Part shown: piece by piece, positions 18,886 through 28,962 of the stretch
Position numbering within the stretch: the stretch's first letter is position 1
How the letters are laid out: each line of letters opens with the position of its first letter
From: Deltaproteobacteria bacterium
GTDB lineage: Bacteria > Desulfobacterota > Binatia > UBA1149 > SPBQ01
DNA length: 64,000 bases
Assembly: GCA_029262375.1 (NCBI GenBank)
Contig: JAJCZM010000044.1
Location: forward strand, 41,833 to 105,832
Direction: 5' to 3'
The notes under the pieces: model-generated
The model's input: only the letters and a program-made list of their open reading frames with translations
What the model was told of the DNA's origin: nothing
Database searches by the model: none
Program-made: the position numbers and the translations under genes

Positions 18886-19830
18886 TCACGCGGTGAATCG
18901 ATCGCCAACCGAGAGACCGGCCTGCGCAGCGGCTTCCGCGGCCGGTTTCTTCGCCGCTCCCGCGGCTAGTTTCGCGACACGCACAGTGCCGTCCCCGGTT
19001 GCGATCTCCATCCCTTGGTTGCCGATCGCGACGATTGTGCCCGGTGCATGCCCCGTGGCAGTGGACGACACGACGCGAGAGCCATAGACGCGGACGGTAA
19101 CGTCCTCAGCTTTCTCGATTGCGCCGTGGGCACCGGGCGCCGGATCGCAGCCACGGATAAGATCGTGCACCACGCGAACCGGTTGCGACCAATCGACACG
19201 CGCATGCTCATCGCGGCACAGCGGGTCGTGCGTCGCCTGACTCTCGTCTTGCGCAACCGCGGCGACTTCGCCGGCGAGCAGCAACTCAACGACGTCGAGC
19301 GTCGCCGCAACGCCGGGTTCGAATACCGTGCCGTAGTAGAAAGATCCGGCCGACTCATCCGGCCCGATGTCGAATTGACGCTGCAAATAGATCGGCCCCG
19401 AATCGATGCCGTCGTCGGGACGAAACAGCGTAACGCCACCGCGCGTCTCCCCCTTGATCAGTTGCCAAGGAATAGCCGATCCGCCGCGATAGGCAGGAAG
19501 CACAGACGGGTGGAAACACACCGATGCCAAACGCGGCGCGTCCAACATCGCCAGCGGGATGATCTGCGTGACGTACGCGAGCACAGCCAGATCGGCGGCG
19601 CCGGGATTCACTTCGGCGAAGGCCTCGTCCCCTTTGTACGAACGACGCTGCACCACTCGCAGGCCCGCTGCCGCCGCGATCTCTTTCGTGGGATCGGGCG
19701 CACCGCCCTCTCGATCGGGGGGGAGACAAACCGCTGTGATCTGATGGCCGGCGCCGAGAAGCCCATCGAGGACTTTCGCGCCGAACTGCGCCTGACCGAA
19801 CAGTAGTATCTTCGCCACGAGAGCCTCCAA
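18886..19830 (-). CDS. formyltransferase/10-formyl-THF hydrolase-like protein (Fmt fold)
   Basis: LFGQAQFG, FHPSVLPAYRGGSAIPW, DDGIDSGPI, IRGCDPAPGA. Confidence 0.85.
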   Translation of the reverse strand: MEALVAKILLFGQAQFGAKVLDGLLGAGHQITAVCLPPDREGGAPDPTKEIAAAAGLRVVQRRSYKGDEAFAEVNPGAADLAVLAYVTQIIPLAMLDAPRLASVCFHPSVLPAYRGGSAIPWQLIKGETRGGVTLFRPDDGIDSGPIYLQRQFDIGPDESAGSFYYGTVFEPGVAATLDVVELLLAGEVAAVAQDESQATHDPLCRDEHARVDWSQPVRVVHDLIRGCDPAPGAHGAIEKAEDVTVRVYGSRVVSSTATGHAPGTIVAIGNQGMEIATGDGTVRVAKLAAGAAKKPAAEAAAQAGLSVGDRFTA

Positions 19831-20058
19831 GCGCGCGTCGGCGCGCCTGGGAACCGTACTATCGTAGGCCGGCTAACTCGATCCTCGGCCGAGCGCGCCT
19901 TTTTGCGTGTTCGAATTCCCCGACCGTGTAGAGGCACGCACCAAGCCAATTTGCGATCTGACGCGCTGCATGGTAACTGCGCTTGTTCTATCGGCCCGCC
20001 GTCTACTTTCTTAAGGCGATTCAATCGGGCCGTAAGCGTTTAGCAGGAGGAATCATTC

Positions 20059-20811
20059 GTGAAGATTCTCGTACCAGTGAAGCGCGTTCCCGACGCCGAG
20101 ACCACGATTAAGGTCAACCCCGAAGGCAATGGGATCGTCGAGGCGGGCGTAAAATGGGTAGTTAACCCGTTTTGCGAAATCGCTATCGAAGAAGCGCTAC
20201 GCATCAAAGAGTCGGGCGTGGAAGCAGAGATCGTGCTCGTGACGATCGGAACCTCGGATTCGCAGGAGCAGCTGCGCACGGGCCTGGCGATGGGCGCAGA
20301 TCGCGCCATCCTCGTTACGGCCGACAACTCCGACCCCTGGGTCGTCGCGCGTGTTCTAGCGAAGATCATCGAGAAGGAGAGCCCGGATGTCGTCATCATG
20401 GGCAAGCAGGCAATCGATGACGATTCCAACGTCGTCGGCCAGCTTCTCGCGGAACTGATCGGATGGCCGCAGGCAACGTTCATCTCCGAGTTCAAGCTCG
20501 AAGACGGCAACGCTGCTGCGACGTGTGTTCGTGAGATCGACGGCGGTCTCGAGACCATCAAGGTCCCGCTACCGGCGATCATTACCGCTGACCTTCGTTT
20601 GAACGAGCCGCGGTACGCTTCCCTCCCGGGCATCATGAAAGCCCGTAAGAAACCGCTCGAGGAAATCGACGCCGGTTCGCTCGGTGCCGATCTGACACCG
20701 ATGTTGACCGTCAAGAGCCTGACTCCGCCCGCGGAGCGCAAGGGCGGCCGCATGGTCGAATCCGTAGACGAGCTGATCTCGGTCCTTCAGACCGAGGCGA
20801 AGGTCCTTTAG
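20059..20811 (+). CDS. etfB: electron transfer flavoprotein beta subunit
   Basis: KILVPVKRVPD, NPFCEIAIEEALR, GKQAIDDD, RLNEPRY; RBS AGGAGG. Confidence 0.96.
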   Translation: MKILVPVKRVPDAETTIKVNPEGNGIVEAGVKWVVNPFCEIAIEEALRIKESGVEAEIVLVTIGTSDSQEQLRTGLAMGADRAILVTADNSDPWVVARVLAKIIEKESPDVVIMGKQAIDDDSNVVGQLLAELIGWPQATFISEFKLEDGNAAATCVREIDGGLETIKVPLPAIITADLRLNEPRYASLPGIMKARKKPLEEIDAGSLGADLTPMLTVKSLTPPAERKGGRMVESVDELISVLQTEAKVL

Positions 20812-20825
20812 GAGGAGTTGGAACA

Positions 20826-21791
20826 GTGGGCAACGTACTAGTCTATGCAGAACACGCTCACGGCAAGCTCCCCAAAGCGACAGCCGTAGCAGTAACCGCA
20901 GCCAAGGAAGCAGCAGCCAAGATGGGGGGCGGTGACGTCATCCTCGGTCTGTTCGGTTCCGATGTTTCCGGTCTCACCGATGCCGCCGGCAAGCTCGGCG
21001 TTTCCAAGGTCGCGACTCTCGAGAGCCCCGCTCTCGAACATCACGCAGCCGACGTAGCGGCCGCGGCGTTGAAAGCGATCGCTGAAGCGACGGATTGCGA
21101 CCGCGTCGTATTCGCGTCCACGTCGAAGGGCAAGGACATCGCACCTCGCCTGGCAGGCGCAATGGGTGCTTCGATCGCAACCGACGTCACCGGCATCAAC
21201 GATGACGGATCGATCGAGCGTCCGATGTACGCAGGCAATGCCTTCGCGACCGTCGAGATGCATGGCGACAAGAAGGTCCTCACCGTGCGAACCACCGCGT
21301 TCGAGGCACAGGCCGACGAAGGTTCGGCAGCCGTAGAGGCGGTCGGAGCCGACATATCGGCCCCGGCCAACGCCATACAGTTCGTCAGCGTCGAAGAGAC
21401 GAAATCGGACCGACCGGTACTCACAGAAGCCGAGCGCGTCGTAGCAGGTGGTCGCGGACTGAAGTCCGGCGAGAACTTCACGACGGTACTCGAGCCGTTG
21501 GTCGATGCGCTGGGCGCAGCCATGGGCGCGAGTCGTGCAGCAGTGGACGCCGGCTATGTACCGAACGATCTGCAGGTCGGTCAGACCGGCAAGGTCGTCG
21601 CGCCGACTCTGTACATCGCAGTCGGTATCTCGGGCGCCATTCAGCACTTGGCCGGCATGAAGGATTCGAAAGTGATCGCGTCGATCAACAAGGATCCCGA
21701 GGCGCCGATCTTCCAGATCTCCGACTTCGGTCTGGTGGCCGACCTCTTCGAGGCGGTTCCCGAAATGACTGAGAAGGTGAAGGGACTCTAG
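20826..21791 (+). CDS. etfA: electron transfer flavoprotein alpha subunit
   Basis: RPMYAGN, GGRG, GASRAAVDAG, QVGQTGKVV, GISGAIQHLAGM, INKD. Confidence 0.96.
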   Translation: MGNVLVYAEHAHGKLPKATAVAVTAAKEAAAKMGGGDVILGLFGSDVSGLTDAAGKLGVSKVATLESPALEHHAADVAAAALKAIAEATDCDRVVFASTSKGKDIAPRLAGAMGASIATDVTGINDDGSIERPMYAGNAFATVEMHGDKKVLTVRTTAFEAQADEGSAAVEAVGADISAPANAIQFVSVEETKSDRPVLTEAERVVAGGRGLKSGENFTTVLEPLVDALGAAMGASRAAVDAGYVPNDLQVGQTGKVVAPTLYIAVGISGAIQHLAGMKDSKVIASINKDPEAPIFQISDFGLVADLFEAVPEMTEKVKGL

Positions 21792-21814
21792 TAGTCCCTC
21801 GAAACGGCTAAAGG

Positions 21815-21855
21815 TGCCGCGAAACCTCGCAATGAGGTTTCGCGGCATTTTTTTT
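21815..21855 (+). terminator. Rho-independent terminator after etfA
   Basis: TGCCGCGAAACCTC-gcaat-GAGGTTTCGCGGCA followed by a T tract. Confidence 0.9.
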
Positions 21856-21857
21856 GC

Positions 21858-23858
21858 CTAAGTGGTGAGGTCGCTGGATTCGTCTGTCGGATTGTCACCG
21901 ACGACCGGCTCGAGAATCTGCTTGATCTGCTCAACGACGCCGCTATCGCGTGGGGCGATCAGTTCGTACTTGCGGAACAGTCCGACCGCGCCGAGGCCCG
22001 CCAGTCGCCCCTCGAGGTCGTGCTCTTCGAGTGACGTCAGCACCAGCGCGGGTACCGAAACGTTGCGAACCTTGAGTTCCTCGAGCACGCCGAAGCCGTC
22101 GAGCTGCGGCAACGCTAGATCCAGGAGAATCGCGTCGGGCTCCTGCTCCACCGCCATCTCTACCGCGTCGCGGCCGTTGTAGGCCTTGATCACCGAGTAG
22201 CCGGCTTGGTTGAGCTCGAATTCAACTACCGAACCGTAGTCCTTGTCATCTTCGACCAGTAGCACGCTCGAGCCCGTCGGCGCGAGTTGGTTCAGCCTCG
22301 CCAGCAGCGGTTCGCTGTGGGTAGGCGGACTCATCTCGACGAATCCTTCCTGCTGGGACAGCATCACGATGTGCTCGATACCGGCTCGCCGTAGTTTCGC
22401 TTCGGCAACTTCGTTTAGCTGCCATACGAACGACGGTGCGACTACGACGGCCTGCGGAGTCCACGTCTTCAGCGTCTCGAAGACATCGTCGAAACGCGCG
22501 CACGTCTTGGCCTCGACATCCTCGAGACGCAGTGCACGCAAGCAAGCCTCCGACAATACGGTCTCGTGCATCAGAAGTAGCACACGCAGCGCAGAAGCAG
22601 CGCTCGTGCCGGGGTTCTGTGCCGCTCGCTGAGCCGAATTGGCGGGTAACGTGAACTGGAACGTTGCGCCCTCGCCTGGGCTGCTTTCGGCCCATATGCG
22701 TCCATCGTAGTGATCGACGATCCCGCGGCAGATCGCCAGTCCGAGTCCGGTCCCTGAAGGACGCTCGCCCTCCCTCTCGCGCACAGCGATGGTATGCGTC
22801 TTGTCGAATATCGATTCGAGTTCGTCCGGGTGCACTCCGGGACCGGCGTCCGTCACCGAGAAGCAGACCCCCTCAGCAACTTGGCGAGCGCTGACCACGA
22901 CTCTACCGCCCTGCCGCGAAGCGTTCACACCATTGCTGATGAGATTGTCGAGAACTTGCGCCAATCGTTCCTCGTCGCCCCATAGCGACGGAAGTAAGTC
23001 GGACGCCTGAACGTCGATGAAAATGTCGGCGACCTGCGCGTTCTTTTGATTGAGTTGCACCGCGCGACGAACCAAACGAGACGGTTTGAGTTCGCAATCA
23101 GACCATTCAACGCGACCGGCCTCCAGCCTCGAGATATCCAGCAGGTCGTTGATCATGCGTACCAGCCGCTGACCCTCAGCAGCGATCGTGTCACCAAAAC
23201 GATCAATGACCTCCGGCTTCTTGTTGTGGTAGCGCTGAATGATACGCGCCGATGATACGATCGCACTCAGTGGCGTGCGAATCTCGTGAGATACCGCCGA
23301 TAAGAAACGCGCTTGGTGTTCGTTCGCCTCGCGCAGCCGCTCAATGTCGTCTTCGAGCGTCCCGATTCGCCCTATCGCCGCCTCGCGGCTCTCCGCCAAC
23401 GTTTCTTCAATAAGGTTGAATCGTTCTGCAAGCTCACCGAGTTCATCGTGAGAGCGCAGAGGCGCAGACGCGGCGGCCGCACTCGTGCTCGACATGTTAC
23501 GTGCGGCAGTGAGGAGCGGCTCAATCTGCCGGGTCAGGCCGTTAGAGAACACGCGCGCGATGAGAACGGCCGTACCGACCACCCACGCAAGCACGAGGAA
23601 GCTCCAATACTCGTACGATACCGCCGCCGACTTCGATCCGGCGAAGAAAAAATAGCTGACCCCCAGAAACAGCGTGGTGGGCAACACGGACGCTAGGGCC
23701 ATAAAGACCGCGACCTGCCCTCGCACAGTGAACTGTTTCGTGGCCGCTTCGTTCAGCGTGCCCCTTAGGGTCGAAAGCGACCCAGATTCCGCTTCCGGTG
23801 TGACAACTCTATCCACAGCGTCAAACTCTCGACTGTCGGGCAGTGTAAACCCCCGCAA
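21858..23858 (-). CDS. hybrid sensor histidine kinase (2TM-HAMP-HisKA-HATPase-degenerate REC-REC)
   Basis: DELGELAERFN, SHEIRTPL, NLISNG, DAGPG, GTGLGL, LVEDD..LLDLALP. Start uncertain. Confidence 0.9.
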   Translation of the reverse strand: MRGFTLPDSREFDAVDRVVTPEAESGSLSTLRGTLNEAATKQFTVRGQVAVFMALASVLPTTLFLGVSYFFFAGSKSAAVSYEYWSFLVLAWVVGTAVLIARVFSNGLTRQIEPLLTAARNMSSTSAAAASAPLRSHDELGELAERFNLIEETLAESREAAIGRIGTLEDDIERLREANEHQARFLSAVSHEIRTPLSAIVSSARIIQRYHNKKPEVIDRFGDTIAAEGQRLVRMINDLLDISRLEAGRVEWSDCELKPSRLVRRAVQLNQKNAQVADIFIDVQASDLLPSLWGDEERLAQVLDNLISNGVNASRQGGRVVVSARQVAEGVCFSVTDAGPGVHPDELESIFDKTHTIAVREREGERPSGTGLGLAICRGIVDHYDGRIWAESSPGEGATFQFTLPANSAQRAAQNPGTSAASALRVLLLMHETVLSEACLRALRLEDVEAKTCARFDDVFETLKTWTPQAVVVAPSFVWQLNEVAEAKLRRAGIEHIVMLSQQEGFVEMSPPTHSEPLLARLNQLAPTGSSVLLVEDDKDYGSVVEFELNQAGYSVIKAYNGRDAVEMAVEQEPDAILLDLALPQLDGFGVLEELKVRNVSVPALVLTSLEEHDLEGRLAGLGAVGLFRKYELIAPRDSGVVEQIKQILEPVVGDNPTDESSDLTT

Positions 23859-23977
23859 AGTGCAGTAGTGGTACTACCGCCTGCGGGAGCAGAAGCAGGA
23901 ACCGTGCCGGGATGGGATTCCGCACAAATCTGAACGACCGGCCTTCCAGGCCTCCCAAGAAGTCGACCAGCAAGACG

Positions 23978-24015
23978 AAAAAAAGCCGGATCGACGATCG
24001 TCAATCCGGCCTTTT
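23978..24015 (-). terminator. Rho-independent terminator after the Fe-S oxidoreductase gene
   Basis: Minus strand GCCGGATTGACG-at-CGTCGATCCGGC followed by T7. Confidence 0.75.
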
Positions 24016-24052
24016 CTAATGGACCCGGGGAAGTGCCACCCCGAGGAGGAGC

Positions 24053-26086
24053 CTACGCAGACGCGCCAAGCGAATCGGCTACGATCTCGAGCACGTCGCG
24101 CGTATCCACGCTGCCTTCGACCTCTTTCTCCTTGATGCCGTCGGTAAGCATGGTCATGCAGTATGGGCAGGCCGACGCGATGACGTCCGGCTTGGTCTCG
24201 AGGAGTTGCTCGACGCGCAACGTGTTCACACGCTGGGTGGGCTCTTCTTCGATCCACATGCGGCCACCGCCGGCACCGCAACACATGCCTGTGTTCTTCG
24301 ATCGCGCGGTCTCGACGATCGTCGCTCCCGGAATCGCCTTGAGGATCTCGCGAGGTGCATCATAGATGTCGTTGTAGCGACCGAGATAGCACGAGTCGTG
24401 ATAGACAATCGTCTTCGCGACGTCCTCCGACACCTTGACCTTCCCTTCGTTGATCAACTCGGCGACGAGTTGCGAGGCATGGACGGTCTCGTAGTCGCCG
24501 CCAAACTGCGGGAACTCGTTCGCAATCGTGTTGAAGCAGTGAGGACAGTTCGTGATGACCTTCTTGACGTTGTACGAGTTGAAGGTCTCGACGGCCATCG
24601 TGGCCATGCTCTGGTACAAGTACTCGTTGCCCAGTCGTCGCGCGGTGTCGCCGTTGCACGGCTCTTCCTTCGCGAGGATGGCGTAGCTCACGCCGGCGTG
24701 ATCGAGAATCTTCGCAACGCTCTTCGTGATCTTCTTCGCACGATCGTCGAACGACCCTGCGCAACCGACGAAAAATAGATACTCCGCATCCGGCTTGTCG
24801 GCTAAGGTGGGGATGTTGAGCCCCTCGGCCCACTCATCGCGCTTGTCCATGCCGATGCCCCATGGATTCCCCTGCGTCTCCATGCCCTTGAACGTACGCG
24901 TGAGCTCCTGCGGGAATCGCGCTTCTTCTTGCACGAGGTGACGACGCATGTCGACGATCTTGTCGACGTATTCGATATTCACGGGACAGGCCTCTTCGCA
25001 GGCACGACACGTGTTGCATGACCAAACGACTTCATCGGTGACCCAGTCGCCTTCGGCTTCAACGACCTTGTCCATCCAATCTTCGTTGAGAACGTCCCAG
25101 CCGTTTTCGTAGAGCTGGTCACGCATGTTGAGCAGCATCTGGCGTGGCGCCAACGGTTTGTTGGTCGACGTCGCCGGGCACTGCTCGGAGCAGCGACCGC
25201 ACTCGGTGCAGGTGTACATGTCGAGCACTTGCTTCCAGTCGAAGTGCTTGATCTGCGACTTGCCGAAGACTTCCAGGTTCTCGTCTTCGAGATCCTGTTT
25301 CGACAACGCGCCTCGCGGCTCGAGCTTCGAGAAGAACACGTTGGGCAACGCGGTAATCACGTGGAAGTGCTTCGCGAGCGGCAACAGATTGAGGAAGGTC
25401 AGTACGACCAGATTATGAATCCACCAAGCGGCGTTCGCGGCGTTCTCCGCGAAGCCGGCGCCGTACGGAGCCATGAATCCGGCCATCATGCCGGAGACGG
25501 GCTGCCAGGCTCTTTCTGCTTCGACGTCGGGATCACCCGCCATGAAAATCAATCGGCCGCCGTCATAGATGAGGCCGGTCAGGCAGATCGTCGTGATGAA
25601 GCAGAGAATGAGGATGGCTTCCCAGTGCTGCTGGTTGTGCAGCTTCTCTTCGGCCGGAACGAACCCCATGAGACGCTTCGGGTGGGTGACGAGCCATCGG
25701 GTGAGCATCGTAAGCGTGCAGGCAATTACGACGACTTCCATGATGTCGCGCACGACCATGTAGGGCCCGCCGAGCAGATGCGGGCTCATGAGGGGAAGGT
25801 GCGCATCGGGCGCCCAGCCTCGAAGGAACATCGTCGCGACCTGGCCGCCCAGGACGAGGAAGCCCCAGAATACGAGGACATGGATGATGCCGGCGGGCTG
25901 CTCGCCCTTGAAAAACTTGAGCTGGCCCAGACCATAGACGAGCGTGAGCTTGATCCGCTCGGGAATCCGGTCGAATCGGCCTTCGGCGGCCGGAAGCTTC
26001 AGCAACACGCCGAATCGGTTGTAAGCCTGGTAGGCAAACAGGCCGAGATAGGCCAGCAGCACCACGGTCCAAATGATCGCACTCAC
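24053..26086 (-). CDS. fadF: membrane-anchored Fe-S oxidoreductase, FadF/HdrF type (probable ETF:quinone oxidoreductase)
   Basis: N-terminal TM region with His residues (IIHVLVFWGF, WWIH, KHFHV); CTECGRCSEQCP and CNTCRACEEACP; CCG domains (GCAG, CPHC, HDSCYLGR, CCGAGGG, ACPYC). Confidence 0.88.
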   Translation of the reverse strand: MSAIIWTVVLLAYLGLFAYQAYNRFGVLLKLPAAEGRFDRIPERIKLTLVYGLGQLKFFKGEQPAGIIHVLVFWGFLVLGGQVATMFLRGWAPDAHLPLMSPHLLGGPYMVVRDIMEVVVIACTLTMLTRWLVTHPKRLMGFVPAEEKLHNQQHWEAILILCFITTICLTGLIYDGGRLIFMAGDPDVEAERAWQPVSGMMAGFMAPYGAGFAENAANAAWWIHNLVVLTFLNLLPLAKHFHVITALPNVFFSKLEPRGALSKQDLEDENLEVFGKSQIKHFDWKQVLDMYTCTECGRCSEQCPATSTNKPLAPRQMLLNMRDQLYENGWDVLNEDWMDKVVEAEGDWVTDEVVWSCNTCRACEEACPVNIEYVDKIVDMRRHLVQEEARFPQELTRTFKGMETQGNPWGIGMDKRDEWAEGLNIPTLADKPDAEYLFFVGCAGSFDDRAKKITKSVAKILDHAGVSYAILAKEEPCNGDTARRLGNEYLYQSMATMAVETFNSYNVKKVITNCPHCFNTIANEFPQFGGDYETVHASQLVAELINEGKVKVSEDVAKTIVYHDSCYLGRYNDIYDAPREILKAIPGATIVETARSKNTGMCCGAGGGRMWIEEEPTQRVNTLRVEQLLETKPDVIASACPYCMTMLTDGIKEKEVEGSVDTRDVLEIVADSLGASA

Positions 26087-26229
26087 GTTGAAATCCTCCC
26101 CGATGAGGGCCTCCGCGGCGGTGTGACGGGCCTACGCCCGACCCCGCTCAGAGCCCGTAAGGTCCAAGATTTAATCGTGCCCGGCCGGTGCTTGCAATCA
26201 GGTCTGTCGGCAGTCAGCCTAGGCGCTCA

Positions 26230-26730
26230 ATGCGGATCGGGGCTTCTAATAGAGCGGATAAGGGCGTGCGCGCCGGCATATTCGCCCTCGCCTTACTCGT
26301 ATCCGCTGTATCTGCCAGCGCGGGTGCCTGCGCACCGTCAGGCCCTACCGTCGCACTGCAAAGCGTGGACGGCCGCTCGGTCAACGTTCGCGTAGAGATC
26401 GTCTCCACTCCCGAAGCGCTGCAACGCGGACTGATGTGGCGCACAGAGCTCCCCGAGGACCGCGGAATGCTGTTCGTATTCGGAAGCGATGGGCCACGAA
26501 GCTTCTGGATGAAAAACACCCCGCTTCCGCTCGATATCATCTTCATCAACTCCGCCAAGCGGGTCGTCAGCATCGCCGCCAACACCACCCCCTACTCGCT
26601 CGAGTCGCTCCCTTCCGCGGGGCCCGCTAAGTATGTACTCGAGGTGAACGGCGGGTTCTGTGCGCGTCACGGCATCGCGGCGGGAGCATCGGTGACCCTT
26701 CCGCCACTCGACGATCCCAAAAACCGCTAA
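26230..26730 (+). CDS. DUF192-family exported protein
   Basis: RGLMWR, GMLFVF, FWMKNTPLPLDIIF, YVLEVNGG; signal peptide. Start 26230 or 26266. Confidence 0.9.
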   Translation: MRIGASNRADKGVRAGIFALALLVSAVSASAGACAPSGPTVALQSVDGRSVNVRVEIVSTPEALQRGLMWRTELPEDRGMLFVFGSDGPRSFWMKNTPLPLDIIFINSAKRVVSIAANTTPYSLESLPSAGPAKYVLEVNGGFCARHGIAAGASVTLPPLDDPKNR

Positions 26731-27016
26731 GTCCCTGTCCTAATAGGACTAAATTGAGCACTCCTTGTCTTTTACAGGGTTCTTTTATATCTGGATTTGC
26801 TGCCGCTTTTTTCTTCGCCATTCCAAGGGAACGCATCCGGGGTCCTGACCCCGAGCCACCTACCGCGCCGCACTTCGTGTGCGGCTACGGGTGCCCCCAC
26901 GAATGGCTTCGACGGAGCCACGACGTAACGCCGGACGGCACCAGCAAGCGGCTACCTTCTCGACCGACGGGAGATGATCAGTACGAGCACCCGCCAACCG
27001 CGGCGCTCGAGGTGAA

Positions 27017-28573
27017 ATGAAGATGGCAGACGCCGAAGTCCTTGAAGAACTAAGCCGACGAAACGAGGAAGCGCAGGCCGGTGGCGGCGAAGCGCGGATT
27101 GCGAAGCGCCACGCCAAAGGTCTGCTGACCGCGCGCGAGCGCATGGATCAACTGTTCGATGCCGGAAGCTTCGTCGAGATAGACAAGCTGCGCGTACATC
27201 GTTGTACCGACTTCGGTATGGACGAGTCGCACACACCGGGCGACGGCGTAGTGACCGGGTACGGCACGGTGGAAGGCCGTACGGTCTTCGCCTTCGCACA
27301 AGACTTCACCGTGCTCGGCGGTAGCTTGAGCCACACCGTTGCAGAGAAGATCTGCAAGATTAACGAGATGGCCCTGAAGGCGGGGGCTCCCGTCATCGGC
27401 CTCAACGACTCGGGCGGCGCGCGCATCCAAGAGGGAGTCGAAAGCCTCGGCGGCTACGCCGACATCTTCTGCGCGAACACGTTGGCTTCCGGTGTCATTC
27501 CTCAGATCTCAGGTGTCCTCGGGCCCTGCGCCGGCGGCGCGACGTATTCGCCGGCCCTGACCGATTTCATCCTGATGGTCGACAAGACCAGCTACATGTT
27601 CATCACAGGCCCGGAGGTCATCAAGTCGGTGACCCGCGAAGAGGTCACGCAGGAAGATCTCGGAGGCGGCGCCACGCACAACTCGCGCAGCGGTGTAGCC
27701 CACTTCCTCGCGCCCGACGACGCCGGATGCATCGCGATGATCCGTAAGTTGTTGTCCTATCTTCCGCTCAACAACATGGAGGATCCGCCCGTCGTCGATA
27801 CCGGCGATGCACTCGAACGCCTGACGCCCGAACTCAATAGCGTCGTCCCTGACAATCCAAATCAGCCGTACGACATGAACGAGATCATCAATGCGACGGT
27901 CGATCAGGGGAGCTTCTTCGAAGTACACCAGCACTTCGCGCGCAACGCGATCGTGGGCTTCAGCCGTATCGGCGGGAAGTCGGTCGGGATCGTCGCCAAC
28001 CAGCCCAACCATCTCGCGGGCTGCATCGACGTAGCCGCATCGAACAAGATCGCGCGATTCATTCGCTTCTGCGACTGCTTCAACATCCCCATCGTCACGT
28101 TCGAAGATACACCTGGGTACCTACCGGGAACCGCACAAGAGTGGGGCGGCATCATCCGCCACGGTGCAAAGATCGTTTACGCCTACGCTGAGGCGACGGT
28201 TCCCAAGATCACAATCATCACGCGCAAAGCCTACGGCGGCGCTTACTGTGTCATGGGATCGAAGCACATCCGCACGGACGTGAATCTGGCGTATCCCGGT
28301 GCAGAGATCGCCGTGATGGGCGCCGACGGTGCGGTCAACATCATCTTCCGCAACGAGATCAAAGCGGCGGACGATCCTGAGTCGACGCGTAAGGATATTG
28401 TTGCCGACTACAGGAAGCGGTTCGCGAACCCGTTCCGTGCTGCGGAACTGGGATACATCGACGGCGTCATCTCTCCGGCAGAAACCCGCGTGAGGATCGC
28501 CCAAGCATTGGCGATGCTCGCCAACAAGCGCGACAGCAATCCCCAGAAGAAGCACGGGAACATTCCGCTGTAA
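27017..28573 (+). CDS. mmdA: methylmalonyl-CoA decarboxylase alpha / acyl-CoA carboxyltransferase
   Basis: TARER, QDFTVLGGSL, DSGGARIQEG, CAGGATYSPALTDF, RKAYGGAY, KKHGNIPL; adjacent Na+-pump subunits. Confidence 0.85.
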   Translation: MKMADAEVLEELSRRNEEAQAGGGEARIAKRHAKGLLTARERMDQLFDAGSFVEIDKLRVHRCTDFGMDESHTPGDGVVTGYGTVEGRTVFAFAQDFTVLGGSLSHTVAEKICKINEMALKAGAPVIGLNDSGGARIQEGVESLGGYADIFCANTLASGVIPQISGVLGPCAGGATYSPALTDFILMVDKTSYMFITGPEVIKSVTREEVTQEDLGGGATHNSRSGVAHFLAPDDAGCIAMIRKLLSYLPLNNMEDPPVVDTGDALERLTPELNSVVPDNPNQPYDMNEIINATVDQGSFFEVHQHFARNAIVGFSRIGGKSVGIVANQPNHLAGCIDVAASNKIARFIRFCDCFNIPIVTFEDTPGYLPGTAQEWGGIIRHGAKIVYAYAEATVPKITIITRKAYGGAYCVMGSKHIRTDVNLAYPGAEIAVMGADGAVNIIFRNEIKAADDPESTRKDIVADYRKRFANPFRAAELGYIDGVISPAETRVRIAQALAMLANKRDSNPQKKHGNIPL

Positions 28574-28953
28574 TGGAACAGACGATCTTCACCGGCCCGA
28601 ACATGGCCGTAGTCGGGATCTCGACCGTCTTCGTTGCACTGACGATCATTGTCACGGTCGTAAGCATCGTCGCGCGCGTACTCGCCAGGAACGAGGGCGC
28701 AAGTGTTTCGCCGGAAGCCGCGTCAGCATTCGCAGCCGCCGCCGAGGCATCGACGGCGCAGCAATCGCACGTCTCGCGCGGCTCGAACGACTCGGCCGAC
28801 TCAGACGGGAACGAACTGCTGCGACGAGTTGCGATGGCCGCCTACGCCTATCACCTTGGCAGGCGCGTGTCCGTACGAGCAAACGTCGCACCGTCACCGT
28901 GGCTACGCGCCGGGCGTCAAGCTCAAGTAAACCGGACTCAATCAAGGGGCTGA
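28573..28953 (+). CDS. mmdD: Na+-translocating decarboxylase delta subunit (OadG/MmdD family)
   Basis: Single N-terminal TM (VVGISTVFVAL), Ala-rich linker, C-terminal SPWLRAGR. Confidence 0.8.
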   Translation: MEQTIFTGPNMAVVGISTVFVALTIIVTVVSIVARVLARNEGASVSPEAASAFAAAAEASTAQQSHVSRGSNDSADSDGNELLRRVAMAAYAYHLGRRVSVRANVAPSPWLRAGRQAQVNRTQSRG

Positions 28954-28962
28954 AGGGCAACG

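Noticed and set aside
26815-27000. cobalamin riboswitch
   Set aside because: AGGGAA is present but I could not find the B12 box or the other conserved core elements. Kept only as an unassigned structured leader.
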